DNA from: Paramecium tetraurelia
Lineage: Eukaryota
Assembly (NCBI GenBank): GCA_000165425.1
Contig: CT868529.1
Location: 248,001-312,000, forward strand
DNA length: 64,000 nt
Reading direction: 5' to 3'
The position numbers and the translations under genes were made by a program. This document shows positions 1-13,879 of the stretch, in pieces (position 1 is the first letter of the stretch; the number at the start of each line of letters is the position of its first letter). The notes below the pieces were generated by a model, which saw nothing but the letters and a program-made list of their open reading frames with translations, ran no database searches and was not told the DNA's origin.

Positions 1-62
1 ATATCCCTCAAAATAATAATGAGGAGGAGGACTAAAACAAACAAAATTAATTGACAAAATGA
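1..62 (+). CDS. 3' end of an upstream gene (truncated by window start)
   Basis: Frame 3 reads IPQNNNEEEDQNKQNQLTK to TGA at 60-62 in ciliate code, followed by an AT-rich spacer. Confidence 0.45.
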
Positions 63-131
63 GAAAACAATTTATTGATTGGTATAATTCAATATCATTT
101 TTGTCAAAAAATTTAGGTAATAAATATAATT

Positions 132-1529
132 ATGTTATATATCATCTTATTCTCTTTTTGTCTTGCAGAATAACTCTTGAACTAACAATGGAATTATAAT
201 ACTTCAGAAAACATTTTTGCTCTGAATATCACTTTTAACCTTTCTCTAATTGATAATGAAAAGCATTTGCGTTTTTACTTGTCACCATAATCTAATACAA
301 CTAAGTCATTGCTCATTATATGTAATTCCAAGCCAAATAATACTTTGCTCAATATTCATTCACTCAAAACGTATTATAACAAATAACAGATAGATTAGGA
401 TGTATTTATGATATCAATTCATATTATCAAAATTCATCGCAAGCCATTACTTTTGATAATAATCCTGTCTCTAAAGAAATTAGCGAATTATTTTCCATCT
501 TTTATCTCTTCTCAAGCAATCCATTTATTGGAATAATTTCATAAGGAAATGAAAGTAGCTTTCTTCTTGAATTAACATAAATGCGAAAAAATTAATGTGC
601 GAAGTATTAAAATAATATTAATTTAGAATCTGTTAAAACAATGGCAAATGCATCAATGGATTTTGTGAATGTCCAGTATCCTATTTGGGGAGTGATTGCA
701 CTATTTAGATCAAAGACATCGAAAATTAATTAGACTTGGAACCAAAATAATATTACTTTTTTCATATTAAATCGTTCAATATTTCTAAGTTTGAAAGACA
801 ATTAGAAACCTTTGTTGAAATTCGATATACATGCTAGCATCAATACTAGATGCAATTTTAAGGAGTGTAAATCACAACCAATTTGATTAATTTTAATCAA
901 ACCTTTTTGCAATCCTGTTTAATGAAAACTATCGAAATGCAAGAACAACTCCCAATTAAATTACAATCCTATGTTATCTTTGAATAAACCTCATCAAATA
1001 GAATAAAGATTACACAATAAGAGAATCATTTTGTATTCTAAAATCTAATTGTTGCCTTCATTGCCTTGCTTATTTTAGCCTTATTAAGTATGCTCTACAT
1101 ATTTTACCATCATAAAAATCCAAAAGACTTGAAGGCCTTAAGGATTGTGCCTATTATTAAATTTTCTTTAGCCCTAGAGTAGGTAGAATAAACAGATATC
1201 GAGTGCGCTTTATGTATGAAGGAGCTCTAACAAAATTAGTCTGTCAGAATAACTTATTGCAATCATCTCTACCATGATTTTTGTTTTAAAATGTGGTGGA
1301 CCAATAACAAAGTAAAATTATTGGTTAGAATGTGTAGAGCTGCCCTCGTTGCAGATCTCCCTTAGATTTGGAGACTATGAGAAAAAATTAGAAAACAGAT
1401 ATCTTATAATAATCAACTTTCTCTAATCTTTAGAGCAATAGGAAAAAGAACTTAGTTACATTTGTTGATACTGGTTCAACAATTAGACATATGCCTATCT
1501 AGTAGAAATTGGAACTGTAAATTAAATGA
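132..1529 (+). CDS. Type I membrane protein: signal peptide, EGF-like domain, TM, RING-H2 (putative E3 ligase), paralogue 1
   Basis: Signal MLYIILFSFCLA; EGF-like CQNNGKCINGFCECPVSYLGSDC; hydrophobic TM near 1030-1100; RING-H2 ECALCM...ITYCNHLYHDFCFKMWW...SCPRCR. Introns 371-393, 604-626, 1312-1337. Confidence 0.85.
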
Positions 1530-1584
1530 ATAATTACTGAAATTTCTAATAATAAAAACTATGTGGTATTAAAATAATATTACT

Positions 1585-3058
1585 ATGATTATTTTATTCT
1601 TTCTAATCTGCATTAACTAAATAGTGAACCAAAAAATCGAAAAGACTTATTAGAGAGTGTAGGGTGTTTAATCTTTCTCAATAACCAATTTAACAAAAGA
1701 CGGCTTTCCTATGAGATCAAAGATAGCCATATCTCTTACTTACTATGATGGAGAAATACCTATTTTCTTATTGTGTTCAAATAAACCAAATGCCAATGTG
1801 ACGATGGAATATGATTCAATCACAAAGTAATAAAAAATTATAACTACTAGAGAATAATGTACTTATGATGCTAATGCCTATGAAGATAATAGTAAAAAGC
1901 AGGTAGTATCTCTTTAGGACAGATTAGAAATGAAAAAATATCATTCAAATTTCAATATTTACGAATTTAAAGGAAAGGGTTTATTTATAGGGGCAATTTC
2001 AAAACTACAATCTTCATACAAAATTCAAGCAGAAATAATACCATTATCAGCCTGTGCAAAGTAAAAAGAATATTAACCAACTTAGAGATTGTCGATATGG
2101 AGGAAGTTGCTTTTAAGGAGTTTGTTAATGCATGAAAGGATCCTTTGGAGATGACTGCAGTATTCAAGGCTTGGATATTTTGTAATAAACAACACTTTCA
2201 TCAAATTATTTATATTATTTAGATATTGAATAATTAACTGGGGCAACTTTTTTAAGAGTCCTATCAAGCTCTATCAATCTTAGATCCTAATGTTATGCTG
2301 ACAAACCTTAAATTAACCATGGAATTTCAATTCTAACCAATTTGATTTAGATAGACAATGATAGAATCTAGAATTGTAAAGATGTTACCTTTCTAGTCTC
2401 AGATTAAATGAAGGTGCAACAAACACCTTATTATTTATTTAAACTTTCGGATGAATGTTAGGTTGAAATAATTGACATAAATGACGAAAAAGTAGGCGCT
2501 TCAACAATTCTGTTCATTTTATTCATCCCTTTACCAATAGTTTTAATCTTAATTACAATTTGCTGTTGCTATAAGTTGTTCAAAAGCAAAGCAAATTAAT
2601 AACACAATTTATAAACTGAACCAAACCCAACCACATATGTTGACTTATATATACCAACCTAAAAATTTTAAGAAATTAAAGATACTGATGTTCATTCGAT
2701 TAATTTAGATTATTAGTATTGCTCAATTTGCTTAGAAAAATTTGATCTCTAAAATAATGTTAAGATTACTTATTGCAAACATTTGTATCATTCTAATTGC
2801 TTATAACTCTGGATTGAAAAGTTAAAAGTAATGTCAATATTAATATAGGTATGTCCTCTTTGCAGAGCACCTTTGGATGAGTAAACTATTATATCAATGC
2901 AAACTCAAAAGTCTATGAGTCTTATTGATTAGATTACAAGCAAAAGCACAAACAAATTAAAACCATCATAAGCATCTCTAAGTTTTTTGAATAACCATAA
3001 CATGACTAGGTTTTAAAATAATAATTGCCAACGCAGTCTAATTTACCTAGATTAATGA
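1585..3058 (+). CDS. Type I membrane protein: signal peptide, EGF-like domain, TM, RING-H2 (putative E3 ligase), paralogue 2
   Basis: MIILFFLICINQ (an in-frame ATG also lies at 1561); EGF-like CRYGGSCFQGVCQCMKGSFGDDC; TM ILFILFIPLPIVLILITICCC; RING-H2 CSICLEKF...ITYCKHLYHSNCLQLWI...VCPLCR. Introns 1827-1850, 2061-2085, 2828-2848. Confidence 0.87.
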
Positions 3059-3573
3059 ATTTTATTTAGTTATTTCACTATCACAGAAGTATCCTTATAT
3101 ATAAATATAAAAATTAATAAAATAATTCTTATCATTCATATATATTGGAATTCGTTTCGCTCGTTATAAACGTTTTATGAGGTCTACATCCAGGAAGAGT
3201 ATCATTAAGTTTATATAACAATTCAGTATTTTTATTATTCCTTAATATTCCCTTTATTAAATAACGAAGTCGATTCTTCAATGATATGCTGTACTAAAGA
3301 TATTCTTATTAAGTTATATAAATAATTATTAATAATTTCAAAGATTTTGATAAGATGTCACCAAATTAAAAAAAAATAAATTAATTAAGAATAATCTAAA
3401 TATTCAACAATAAAAGAAAATCAATATTGCATAAAACTCCTAAAGCCTATAGCGATTATAAAATAATGTAAATGTAAATAATTGATTTTTAGAACTTCTA
3501 ATTGAATGATTAAACTTAGTAATAATCACAGTTAATATTTTGAAATATATTATGTTTATAATAAAAATATCAA

Positions 3574-5384
3574 ATGTACTATAGGGAAAGGAGAGCATCA
3601 TCCTATTAGAAACCTCAGCCTGGTTATGATAATTTGAGAAATCAGCTGGATTTATTGGATAAATTTATGAAACCATCCTATGATATTTAATTACCTCATG
3701 ATCCTAGTCAAAAAAGCGGAATTAGATAATCTGGACAATTGAATAGATCCTTCTAATTTCCCAAGGTTTCTTAGTAAGCAGACGACTCAGTCAATGAAGA
3801 AGTAGTTCAGATGTAGCTAGCAATAGATTTATAAAACTAGACACTAAAGAGATTATTGAAAGAATAAAGAGAAGTAATATTATAAATGGATAATCAAGAT
3901 AAATAAGGCTTAGGTTTTTAAGTAAGAACTAGAGAATTTAAAAAGCCAAGTTCATACCATACACCTAAAATTACCAAAGCTACCTCAATATGAATAATTA
4001 AATGAAATTAAGCAAGAAATCTCCTCATTAAGACAATCCTTTTTCTAATAAGCCTAACAACTGTAATAGCCAATTATTCAACCTCCCTAGATAATTTATT
4101 AGCAAATGCCTTAGCAAATACAGTAACCTCAGTATTTCCCACCTCCTTATCCGTATTATCCTTACGGATAATAACCTCCTCCATATGGACAATCCCCTCC
4201 ACCATACCCACTTTAATAACAATACCAACAACCCTATTAGTACAACCCCTATCAATCTCCCTACTATCCTCAACCTTAATCTCAGCCCCAACCCCATGAA
4301 ACTTAAACAAATTAATAAAACCCATAATCCTTAGGCAAAATTAAAACTGTTGGTTCGCAAGCCTAAAATTCCAGAAGATCAAGTCAAAAGACTATTCCAT
4401 TAATTTCGAAGAGGTCCATACAATAAACCAAATAAAGTTTTTTCTCTGATGTATGCTATAAATTTAACTGAATTTAGAATGGAGATAAGAAAGCGTTATT
4501 TTAGGGTTCAAGACTGAAGGTAATTTTTAATGCAGTGAGATATGCAATGCGTTGGAAGATATATTGTAAACCTTTAAATATTTTATGGAGAAAACTATAT
4601 AAACATTCAGTGGAGTGTAAAGCAGTTATATAAAAAATTTCATATCCTATTGCTTTGAAACGCATTAATGATTGGTGCAAGATGGTATTGGCAAAAGTAG
4701 AAAACTATTTGATTAAAATAAAAGAGATAGATTTTATTGTATAATTGTATTTTATATCTAAAGAATCCAGAAAAACCCTTGACAGAGTAAGAATTAGATC
4801 AATCATATATGTAATTAACAAATGCAATGAAATATCTGATGACCAGTCTAGTTACTTATTGTACAAACGATTTCATGATTCCAGAATTGAAATTTTTATC
4901 TTACCTTTAATTTTTCGATTAGCCAGAAATAGATAGAGGACTGTTTGTTGCTCGAAGAGTATTATTTTGGAAGGAGAAATAATTAGACATGACAAAAACA
5001 TAATAGATGATGATTGTGGGGGATCTAGTTATATTAGTGCATATACTGCCTGCTTTGATGGAAATTCCAGGTTAGGTATTTATAGTTAAATGTATGGTAT
5101 CTCTTGTGTAAATTCATTTTATGAAGTATTTTGATTTGAGAGTACTCAATCGAAATCCAGAGTATAGAATTATTCAATTAAATTTGGTGGATGTAGTGGA
5201 TGGCAAATTAGTTGCCAGATTAGAAAAACTTGACAAATTTGAAGATGAAAGATATATTGTAGGTGTCTATGAGGACAGTCAATTTTAAGGATTTTATGCC
5301 AAAAGACCTCATTTTCAGGATGATATGCAAAAAGCTCTATTTTAAATACATACTAATTTATTATAAGCATTAGCTGCTAAATGA
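3574..5384 (+). CDS. Hypothetical protein with coiled coil and a Pro/Gln/Tyr-rich low-complexity segment
   Basis: Long TGA-free frame in ciliate code; PQYFPPPYPYYPYGQQPPPYGQSPPPYP tract at ~4060-4300; several short GT-AG introns; TGA 5382-5384. Confidence 0.75.
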
Positions 5385-5431
5385 AATTTTATATATTTAT
5401 TAATTATATTCAAATTTAAATTAGCAGTTAA

Positions 5432-6701
5432 ATGGAGGATCTCTTGGAATGCACTAAATGCGGAAATGAAGTAGATTAAATATTGGCATTATCATGTGAA
5501 CATAATCTATGTCTTCAATGTTCTGCTAAACTTTATAATAAACTCTAATGTCAAACCTTAGTTTGTGAGATCTGTTCTTCATAAACCCTTTTGGATCCCT
5601 CTGCAATAGAAGTCTTACAAGATATGTACAAATTGCAGTCATCTCGAATGTCAACTGCAAATTTAAAAAGCTCAAGATAGCAAATCTAATATTAGGCTTC
5701 CACTCATTCGAAAGCATCCTAAATTCATCTTAATACTCAACAAGGATTGACAGTGACATGTTAATAACATGCAAGTGAAGAAGCATTACTTTATTGTTAT
5801 ACCTGTGAAACTCCTTGTTTTTGTATGGAATGTTATCTCTAAGGATTGCATAAAAACCATGAAGTAAAGAATGTTCAAAAGTCCTATTCAATCATCAGAA
5901 CAACCAAAGTAATACCATTCATTAATTTAGGCTGATCAATTCTATTAGAAGGTCAAATCTAGTTAAGATTAATTATTACAGGATTAATGCAAGTTTGCTG
6001 CAAAAAAGAAAGAATTAGTTGAAATTAACACTTCTACAAAAATGTAGATTCAATCCAACTTTTAAGAATTATACAAAGCTCTTTAATTGAAAGAGTCTGA
6101 ACTTATTTAGGTTGCTGATGATACTATGTGTGAGAAGGTCAAAGAAATTGACGCAGAAGTTTAAAAAATACAAGCATAAATGGATGTATTATTGTAGATC
6201 TATAAATTTTAGAAATTAAATGATGTTTTAAGTGACATAGAATCATATTTCCCTGATCATCCAGATTAGAGTCAATCTATAATGGCTTTTAATTATATTG
6301 CTCTCAATAATAGAAAAATCGATTAACTTACAAGAACCATTCTTACTGAAAGAAATACATGGGGTGCCTCATTATAGTTACAATACTAATTGGATCCACA
6401 GAGCATCATTCAATAAATTGAGGACATCAGATCAACCAAACTTAAAATTATGTCTTTGAGAGCATTAGAAACTGCTGAACCAACCATCAATGAAAAAAAA
6501 ATGTATGAAAGGGCAAGAGATGATAGAACCAAAAGATTGTTCTAATTTTAAACTCCGCTCTAGTCGTTGGTGTAGGATGAAAACAAAGAAAATAATTAAT
6601 CTTTTACACTAAATAATGGAGAGCAAACCCAATTATCAGAGTTCCAAAGGAAATTTTAGGAGGCTAAGAGGACTTTATCTTAGAGATAAAAATTAAATTG
6701 A
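5432..6701 (+). CDS. RING-HC / B-box / coiled-coil (TRIM-like) protein
   Basis: RING CTKC...LSCEHNLCLQC...CEIC; B-box CQQHASEEALLYCYTCETPCFCMECYLQGLHKNH; downstream heptad-rich helix. Confidence 0.85.
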
Positions 6702-6781
6702 AAAATTAGAATTCTATATCTATTATCAACAATAATATAATATAATTAAGGGTTAATTTTGGATGAATGTAATTAATGAAT

Positions 6782-7415
6782 TCATTTTGGGGGACTTACA
6801 GCTGGTTAACGATAAATGCGATAATATTGTTCTTTAGGGAGTGTGTGGTAATCTAAGATTTATTTCTTGATCAAAGAGTTATTTAGATTTTAGCTTTGGG
6901 ATACGTATGATGCATCAATTGAAGACATCTAAATTGAATTATTCACCTTTTGTTTTCTTTTTAAGAATTCATTGTCATTTTATTTTTTAATTTTTACTTC
7001 TCTCTCTACTTATGATACCCTAATATAAATTGTGTGTTTAATACTCCTTTTTTCCTTTAACAAATTATAAAGCTCTTTAAGTTTCTATTTCTAATTTTTA
7101 CTTTTCTTACTTTTTTTGTTCTGCTAATTCCTTTTTAACTTGTTCCATCTCTAATTCCCTTTGCTTTTTCTTTAAGTAATTCTCCTTTTGGATGAGCAAT
7201 AACCTTTCATCTTCAACAGGTTTCAAACCACCTGAGCCCTTTTAATTTTTAATGAGGAGTTATCTTTTGGCTTTTTTTTCAATTCCTTTTGGATCCTCAA
7301 CGACCTTCTCCTTCTTCAATTCTTCAGGCAAGAATCTTGTATCGGCAGGAGGCTACGGTGGCTATAGTTTTTACATTCTATCCACCAATTTTTGCATTCT
7401 CGAAAAGTCGTACAT
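6782..7415 (-). CDS. Hypothetical Lys/Glu-rich coiled-coil protein
   Basis: MYDFSRMQKLVDRMQKLQPPQPPADTRFLPEELKKEK...; one intron near 7020-7044; ends PPK-TGA. Confidence 0.7.
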
Positions 7416-7565
7416 TTATTTTATATATTTTATTTATTATCCAAAAAAAGTATTAAATAAAGAATTTTATAAATTGAAATATTCCACGACCTAAACAACT
7501 TGGGATTACTTAATTTTCATACTGATATTTTTATAAAATTATTTGGTTTATTATATTAATCAAAA

Positions 7566-9437
7566 ATGGCATCGGCTACAAAAGAGAAACTAATTAAAAA
7601 GAAAGAGAAGGAAGAGCAACTTCAAAGCAAATCCTTGGGGAACTTCCACAATTTGGAATTGTTGTGTAAGGCAGATGATAGATAAAAAAAAACATTAGAG
7701 AAGATAATTAAATAGAAACCAGATTTAGCAAGAAGTTTAAACATCTATGCTGATGGAGTGAAATATTACATAGCAAGATAGTAGTAGAGGGATAAATTAT
7801 TGGCAGGAAAAGACATACCCTTGATGGAAGTTTCAGAGGAAGAACTCTCATAACCAACCCTCCCTCTCATAACAACCAACAGACAAATGATCAGACAAAA
7901 CAAATTTGATATCCTATCACCCAGACTGTTATCTGAAAGTTAGGAAAACCAAAACAAAAGATATATTAATCCCAACAATTATACTCCTTTTGCCAACAGA
8001 TCAAAGTTAACAATTCCTGCATTAAATCCTACTTTGAATTACAACAGAGATAGAAATTTACCAAAATTAAAGGTATTAATTGAAGCTATAAAAAGTTCAA
8101 TTACTATGTCGGATCAGGCAATAATGGAGAACTTGTAAAACGAATTTTATAAAAGAGAGAATAATATTGGACAGCAGTACCGCAATCATTTTAATACAAA
8201 CATTTCATTTGGCAACAATCCTATTTTGGTATGGATTTTAATCGTTTAACACCATCAGAGAGTAATTATGTAAGAGTAATGTATAATTTCTTTGAATTTC
8301 ATAAGAATATCACATCGAAGACTGGTATCTATAAGAATTATGGTTAGGGTTATCGTAATCTCTGCTTTAATATTACAACAATATTGAAAGAACCTTCGAT
8401 ATAATACCTCTAGTTTTTATTTTTAACTTTAAAACCCAGGATTGGGTGAGAGATGTTCAATAATTTACTGAATTCTATCAAACAAACAATCCATTAGGAT
8501 AAACAAACATGAAAACCTCTTTAGAATTTGATTTTTATCTATCAAATCTTGCAGGTACAAAAGTCAATTACAATGGAATTAAAACTTATAAATTGTAGGA
8601 AACTTTGATGAGTAAATCATAGTATTTATGGCTCTTGAAACCAGCAGATTGGAATCGAGGAGAAGGTGTTCATGTATTTAGCACTTTAGAAGAAGTTGAA
8701 GCCTTAATTAAATCTTACTACTATGGTAAAGGAAATTATGAGTGTAAGGAGTTTGTGATTCAAAAATATATTGAAAGGCCATTGTTGTTGAGTGGAAGAA
8801 AGTTTGATATAAGATGTTGGGTTCTCATCTCTTAGGACATGCAGTACTTTTTATTTAAGGAGGCTTACATTAGAACCAGTGGAACTACATTTTCATTAGA
8901 CAATGTAAGATATCAATTAATAGATTTAGAAAGACAGATACATTCATTTGACTAATAATGCAGTTTAGAAGAATGCCTAAAATTATGGATAATTTGAAGA
9001 TGGCAATTAATTGTCATTAAAGAGATTTCAACAGTTATTAGAGTATGTATTAGTTTAATAGTAGTCAACAAGAGACAGTATATAATTTTAGAAAGGAAGG
9101 TTGGCCAGTAATTAAGGATGTTGTGAAGATAACTATGAATTCCACCAGACTGAATAAGAGAAATAGAAAATACGGGATGTAATTGTTGGGTTATGATTTC
9201 ATGATCGATGAAAATCTAAAGCTATGGCTGATAGAAGTCAATGCAAATCCATGTTTGGAAGAGAGTTCCAATCTACTAAAAATGTTGATACCTCGGATGT
9301 TGGATGATGCCTTCTAGCTGACTTTGGATAAGGTGTTCACTCCGGAAGTGATTCATGGATAATTGTCGCCAAAATATAAGGTGGATGAGTATGAGGATTA
9401 GGAGAATATGTGGGAACCTTTGGGGTTTTGCAATTGA
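7566..9437 (+). CDS. Tubulin-tyrosine ligase-like (TTLL) tubulin-modifying enzyme
   Basis: WLLKPADWNRGEG, VIQKYIERPLLLSGRKFDIRCWVL, HLTNNAVQK and LGYDFMIDENLKLWLIEVNANP motifs of the TTL domain. Glycylase versus glutamylase subtype not determined. Confidence 0.92.
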
Positions 9438-9511
9438 CAAATTAACTAAATATAAATATTTATATATGATTATACAATATATAAAGATTTAAATAAATAT
9501 TTAAATTTAAT

Positions 9512-10729
9512 ATGGATTAATAAACAGAATAAGATAAGCTTGAATCAATAGCTACTCCAGGAGTATTAGATAAATATCAAAATGCAGGCAAGATTGTAAA
9601 TGGTATTTTTTTTAATTTAATAATGATCAGTTGTTCTTGAAAAAGTGATTGCCAAAATATAGCCAGATGCTGACATAGCTTCCATTTGTGCTTTTGGAGA
9701 TCAGGAGATTAATGGAGAACTACAAAAAGTTTACAATAAGAAAAATATAGAAAAAGGCTTGGCATTTCCAACAACTATTTCTGCCAATCAAATATGCGGA
9801 CATTACTCTCCATTGAAGTCTGAAAACAGTAATTTAGCAAAGGGAGACGTGGCTAAGATGTAAAATTTATAATAAACAATAGTCAATTGGGTGTACACAT
9901 TGATGGATTTATTGCAATTGCTGCACACACAGTCGTAGTAGGAGAAGATTAAGTAGAAGGCCAAAAGGCAGATGTGATATTGGCTGCATACTAATCAGTT
10001 TAAGCTCTTTACAGATCAATCAAACCAGGCACTACAAATACAGCTTTAACAAAACTTATTTAATAAATTGCAGATGACCACAAATGCACTCCTTTGGAAG
10101 GTGTTTTGAGTCACGAAGTCAAGAGACATTTTATTGATGGAAACAAAGTCATCATCAATAGAGAAACTCAAGAACAAAGAGTTGATGAAGAAGAAATTCA
10201 AGTCAATGATGTTTTTGTTTTGGATGTGTACATTACAACTGGTGATGGAAAGACCAAAGAAGTAAAATTCTAATCTTATCCCTATAGTCTGATTTGAGAA
10301 CTACAGTCTACAAAAGAGCATTGGATAGATAATACTAATTAAAAACTAAACATGGCAGAGCCTTCATGTAAGAAGTCTATGAAAAATATCCATCTTTGTG
10401 TTTCTCATTGAGAGCCTTCGAAGATGAAATCACAGCTAAATTAGCAGTTCAAGAATGTGCAAAACACGAATTATTGAATCCATATCCTATTTTGATTAGT
10501 CCAAATAGCATTGTAGCATAATTCACAATTACTGTTGCAGTTCTAGCCAATAGCACAATTTAAATTTCAGGTTTGAAATTGGATGAGACTAAATTCAAGT
10601 CTGCTCATGATCTCAATGATCCTGCCCTCAAAGAATTATTGAAAGTATTTCAATCATTTATCCCCTTAGTTGCCAATGGACAAAGATTCATAAAAAAAAA
10701 GACATTAGGAGCAAAAACAAAAAGCTTGA
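9512..10729 (+). CDS. PA2G4: Proliferation-associated protein 2G4 / EBP1 (M24 pita-bread fold)
   Basis: LDKYQNAGKIVN, EKGLAFPTTISANQICGHYSPL, LGVHIDGFIAIAAHTVVV, PLEGVLSH, YQLKTK..RAF; four short introns. Confidence 0.92.
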
Positions 10730-10906
10730 TGATATATATCATAGTAGTAAAATATGTATATTAAACATTATAAATAACAATATTAATCCCTCAATTCCAT
10801 CTCCTTGAGGCAATACTCAAATATAGCATATATTCTAAATGATTGAAAATACTATGTAATTTTCATTTAATATAATTTATTATTATATAATATAAATTAG
10901 GATGAA

Positions 10907-12579
10907 TCAATAATTACTATTGTTGAGTTATTGCTTTATAGGTTCATTTGCCTAAGTAAAATTATCGAGTTCATATCCATTAAATAGTGCTAATTATATG
11001 GTATTTCATACCTTGTATTGAATTTCTCCTTAGCATTATAACATTTTTTTGAATCAATTCATTGTTTTCTTCATCTTCAATTGATATTTATCGAGCATCG
11101 AAATTATCCTCTGTTTGCTAAATTTACTAAAAAACTCAGAATTACATGAGGAATAAACGGTGCTTTTAATTCCTTATTATAGAGCTTTTACCATGGAAAA
11201 TTTTTAAACCAGGAATGCTATCTCAATTCCTAGGGTTCATTAAAACCTAATCTATTCGCAGGTTTTCTTTAAATTAACTAATATGTTAATGGTATGTAAA
11301 GTTTACTCGATTGATGAAATCAGCAGATTCAAGAGACCAATTATCAGGTATTTCTGATCTTTTAATTTAGACTTGCTTTGCCAATATTTAATCTCTAATT
11401 TCTTTACGGGATCTTCCTGTATAAGGCCTCTATTCTAGTTTAAATTGAATACTTTGCCAAGCATAAATTCGTAACCAATTACTCCTAAGGCAAAATAATC
11501 CACAGCATAGGAGTGATTTTATCTACACATAACTTCAGGAGCCATGTATCCTGGTGTTCCGCTTGTATCTTAAGCATTATCAGGTCTCAAAACTCTAGCA
11601 ATGCCTAAATCAGTAATTCTGACATATCCTTATAATATTTGATAGTAGTATTACCATTTTTGTCTAAGACTAAATTCTCTGGTTTGATGTCTCTATGTAT
11701 TATATTTTTAGAGTGCATATGTTCTAATCCTAGAAAGATGCAAGCCATAAAAAATCCTCTTTGTTGTACAATGAACACTTACTTGTTTGATCCTCACTGA
11801 ATCTACGCATTCTTCCTATGTGATATCTCAGATCTCCTCCTTGCATGTAATCCAATACTAAAAATAAGTTTTCTCTGTCTTAGAAAGCAAAGTAGATGTT
11901 AACAAGAAAGCTAAAAGTTTACATATGGATATTTACGGATGTTTAAGGTTACTCAATATGCTTCTTTCATTGATAACAAGAATTTACACTTTTTTTAGCA
12001 ATGATCCTTTTGATATGAGAATATATTAATACAAAGCTTTAGACATCTCTTTCATAGCATAAGTCTAACCATTTTTTTTGTGCTCTACTCTCCAAACCTT
12101 ACCAAACCCACCAATTCCAATAACATACAAAAAATTAAACATGTTTCTCTAAACGACTACTTCATTGGGGAAGTAATTATTTTACATGAATGATGACTAT
12201 TATTGTTTATGTTGATTCTGTTATTGTTGAACTACTTGTTTCTCTTGCTCTTCATCCTCTTTTTTAAGAATCAAATAATTTAGAAATGACATCTATTGGG
12301 TTTATTTAGGTTTAAGAAATGGAGGATTTTTTAGAATGATTAGCAGATGTAGATTAACTAGACTATACTGAAATCTTCTACATGGCATGCATTAAGGGGG
12401 AAGGAGAATGATCGTTGTGTTCATTCCATCTATTAAATGGTTGTAGAATATATGCATTACCTATTATTGTGTATAACTTGGGCCCCTTGGTTTCCTTGAT
12501 TTAGCAAACTTTTGTCGCCTCTGTTGGCTTATCCTGAATCTTATCTAGAATGAGGAAATCTGTAATTCAAACCTTTCAT
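10907..12579 (-). pseudogene. AGC-group Ser/Thr protein kinase with a +1 frameshift (pseudogene or sequence error)
   Basis: IGIGGFGKVW, YAMKEMSK, HRDIKPEN, TDLGIAR and SGTPGYMAPE are all present. After AKKSVNS one extra base (11978-11979) breaks the expected VINERSIL and gives a premature TGA. Confidence 0.75.
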
Positions 12580-12675
12580 TTATATTATTTATTATATATA
12601 TATATTTTGTTGTAAAATTATAATTATCTGAATTCAATTATTTCAAATTTAAGTTTCCAATCATAATATATATTT

Positions 12676-13821
12676 ATGAATAGATAAATTGAAGAAAGTT
12701 CCGAGAACTAAATCAAATATGTTACCAAGGATGAAGACGAAAAGAAATTTAAGTTGCTTAAACAGCTTTTCAGATCCTAATTCAAATAATCTTACAAATA
12801 TATAGGTATTGTCTTTTTCTTGAGATCAGGTTTTTACCTACTTTTTAGTTTCGGAAAATATCTTGCTTGCTTTTACAGTTTGTAGTAGAGGGATAAAAAG
12901 TGCGAGGTCAATCCTTTGGTAGTATGGTTAACAATTGTGGGCATGTATGAATTTTTCAATTCCATTCGGTATTTCAATAATCATAAGGTAGTTACTTAGC
13001 AGTACTATATTCATTGCAGATGAACTCCAAGGATATTTTCTTGTTAGTTATGGCTGATATGTTAACCAAAACATCAGATGAATCAATGAATCTAAGTGGC
13101 ATGCAAGAAAGGAATAGGTAATAATTAAATATATCCAAGACGAGCATAAATCAAAACTCTTATTAAAATGAAATTATCCACTCGAGAAATCTCATAGGAA
13201 GAACTATTTGCTGAACCCCCGTTCACTTAATACGAGATTATTCATTAGGCTGAAGTTCTCAACAAATATACTAGAATCATGAAGGTGTATAACCAATTCG
13301 TTTACTATATGATCTTCACAGGAGGAAATGTAGCATACTTCTAATCAGATTCTAATGATTGCGATGATAGTAAGCAACTCATATTAATCTATTAGATTTA
13401 AACAATGTAACCTTTTTACTTTTATTAATTGGTTACGTATTTTCAGCATTTCTCATTATTGGCTTTGGACTAGCTGTCATTTCGATGGCTTTGTATATGC
13501 CCATAATACTCTTCTTATTCATCTACAAATCCACTCGCAATATTGTCCAAAAAATACAAACCAAAGTATTATTGTTTAATAGATTATCTTAGAATAAAAT
13601 ATAGAAAATGCGCGTATTTCATTATAATAATTCTATGGAAATTTCTATTTCATAATGCAACATTTGTATGTGTGAGTACTTGGAAAATGATAAAATTATA
13701 TAGTTACCATGCAGCTACATGTAGATCTATATTTTAACATAGGCATCACTTCCATGATCATTGTCTCTAACAATGGATAATAATTAAATAACAATGTCCT
13801 GTTTGTCGTAAATTAATTTGA
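12676..13821 (+). CDS. Multi-pass membrane protein with C-terminal RING-H2 (putative E3 ligase)
   Basis: Several hydrophobic helices; C-terminal CNICMCEYLENDKIIQLPC...HHFHDHCLQQWIIIKQQCPVCR. Confidence 0.85.
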
Positions 13822-13879
13822 CAATATTTACACAACTATATAATATATCATTAAAAAAATAAGAAAGTTTCATAATCTT

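Noticed and set aside
3140..3300. GC-richer patch in a ~500-bp spacer; its reverse strand resembles a U14-like CTTCCTGGATG guide
   Set aside because: No proper C/D boxes or U14 domain A and only an imperfect rRNA match. May be a decayed gene fragment, but unsupported.
4028..4325. Two - strand ORFs of 83-89 aa
   Set aside because: Antisense shadows of the Pro/Gln/Tyr-rich exon of the + strand gene.
10902..11040. Short + strand ORF resembling a signal peptide
   Set aside because: It is the antisense of the last exons of the - strand kinase.
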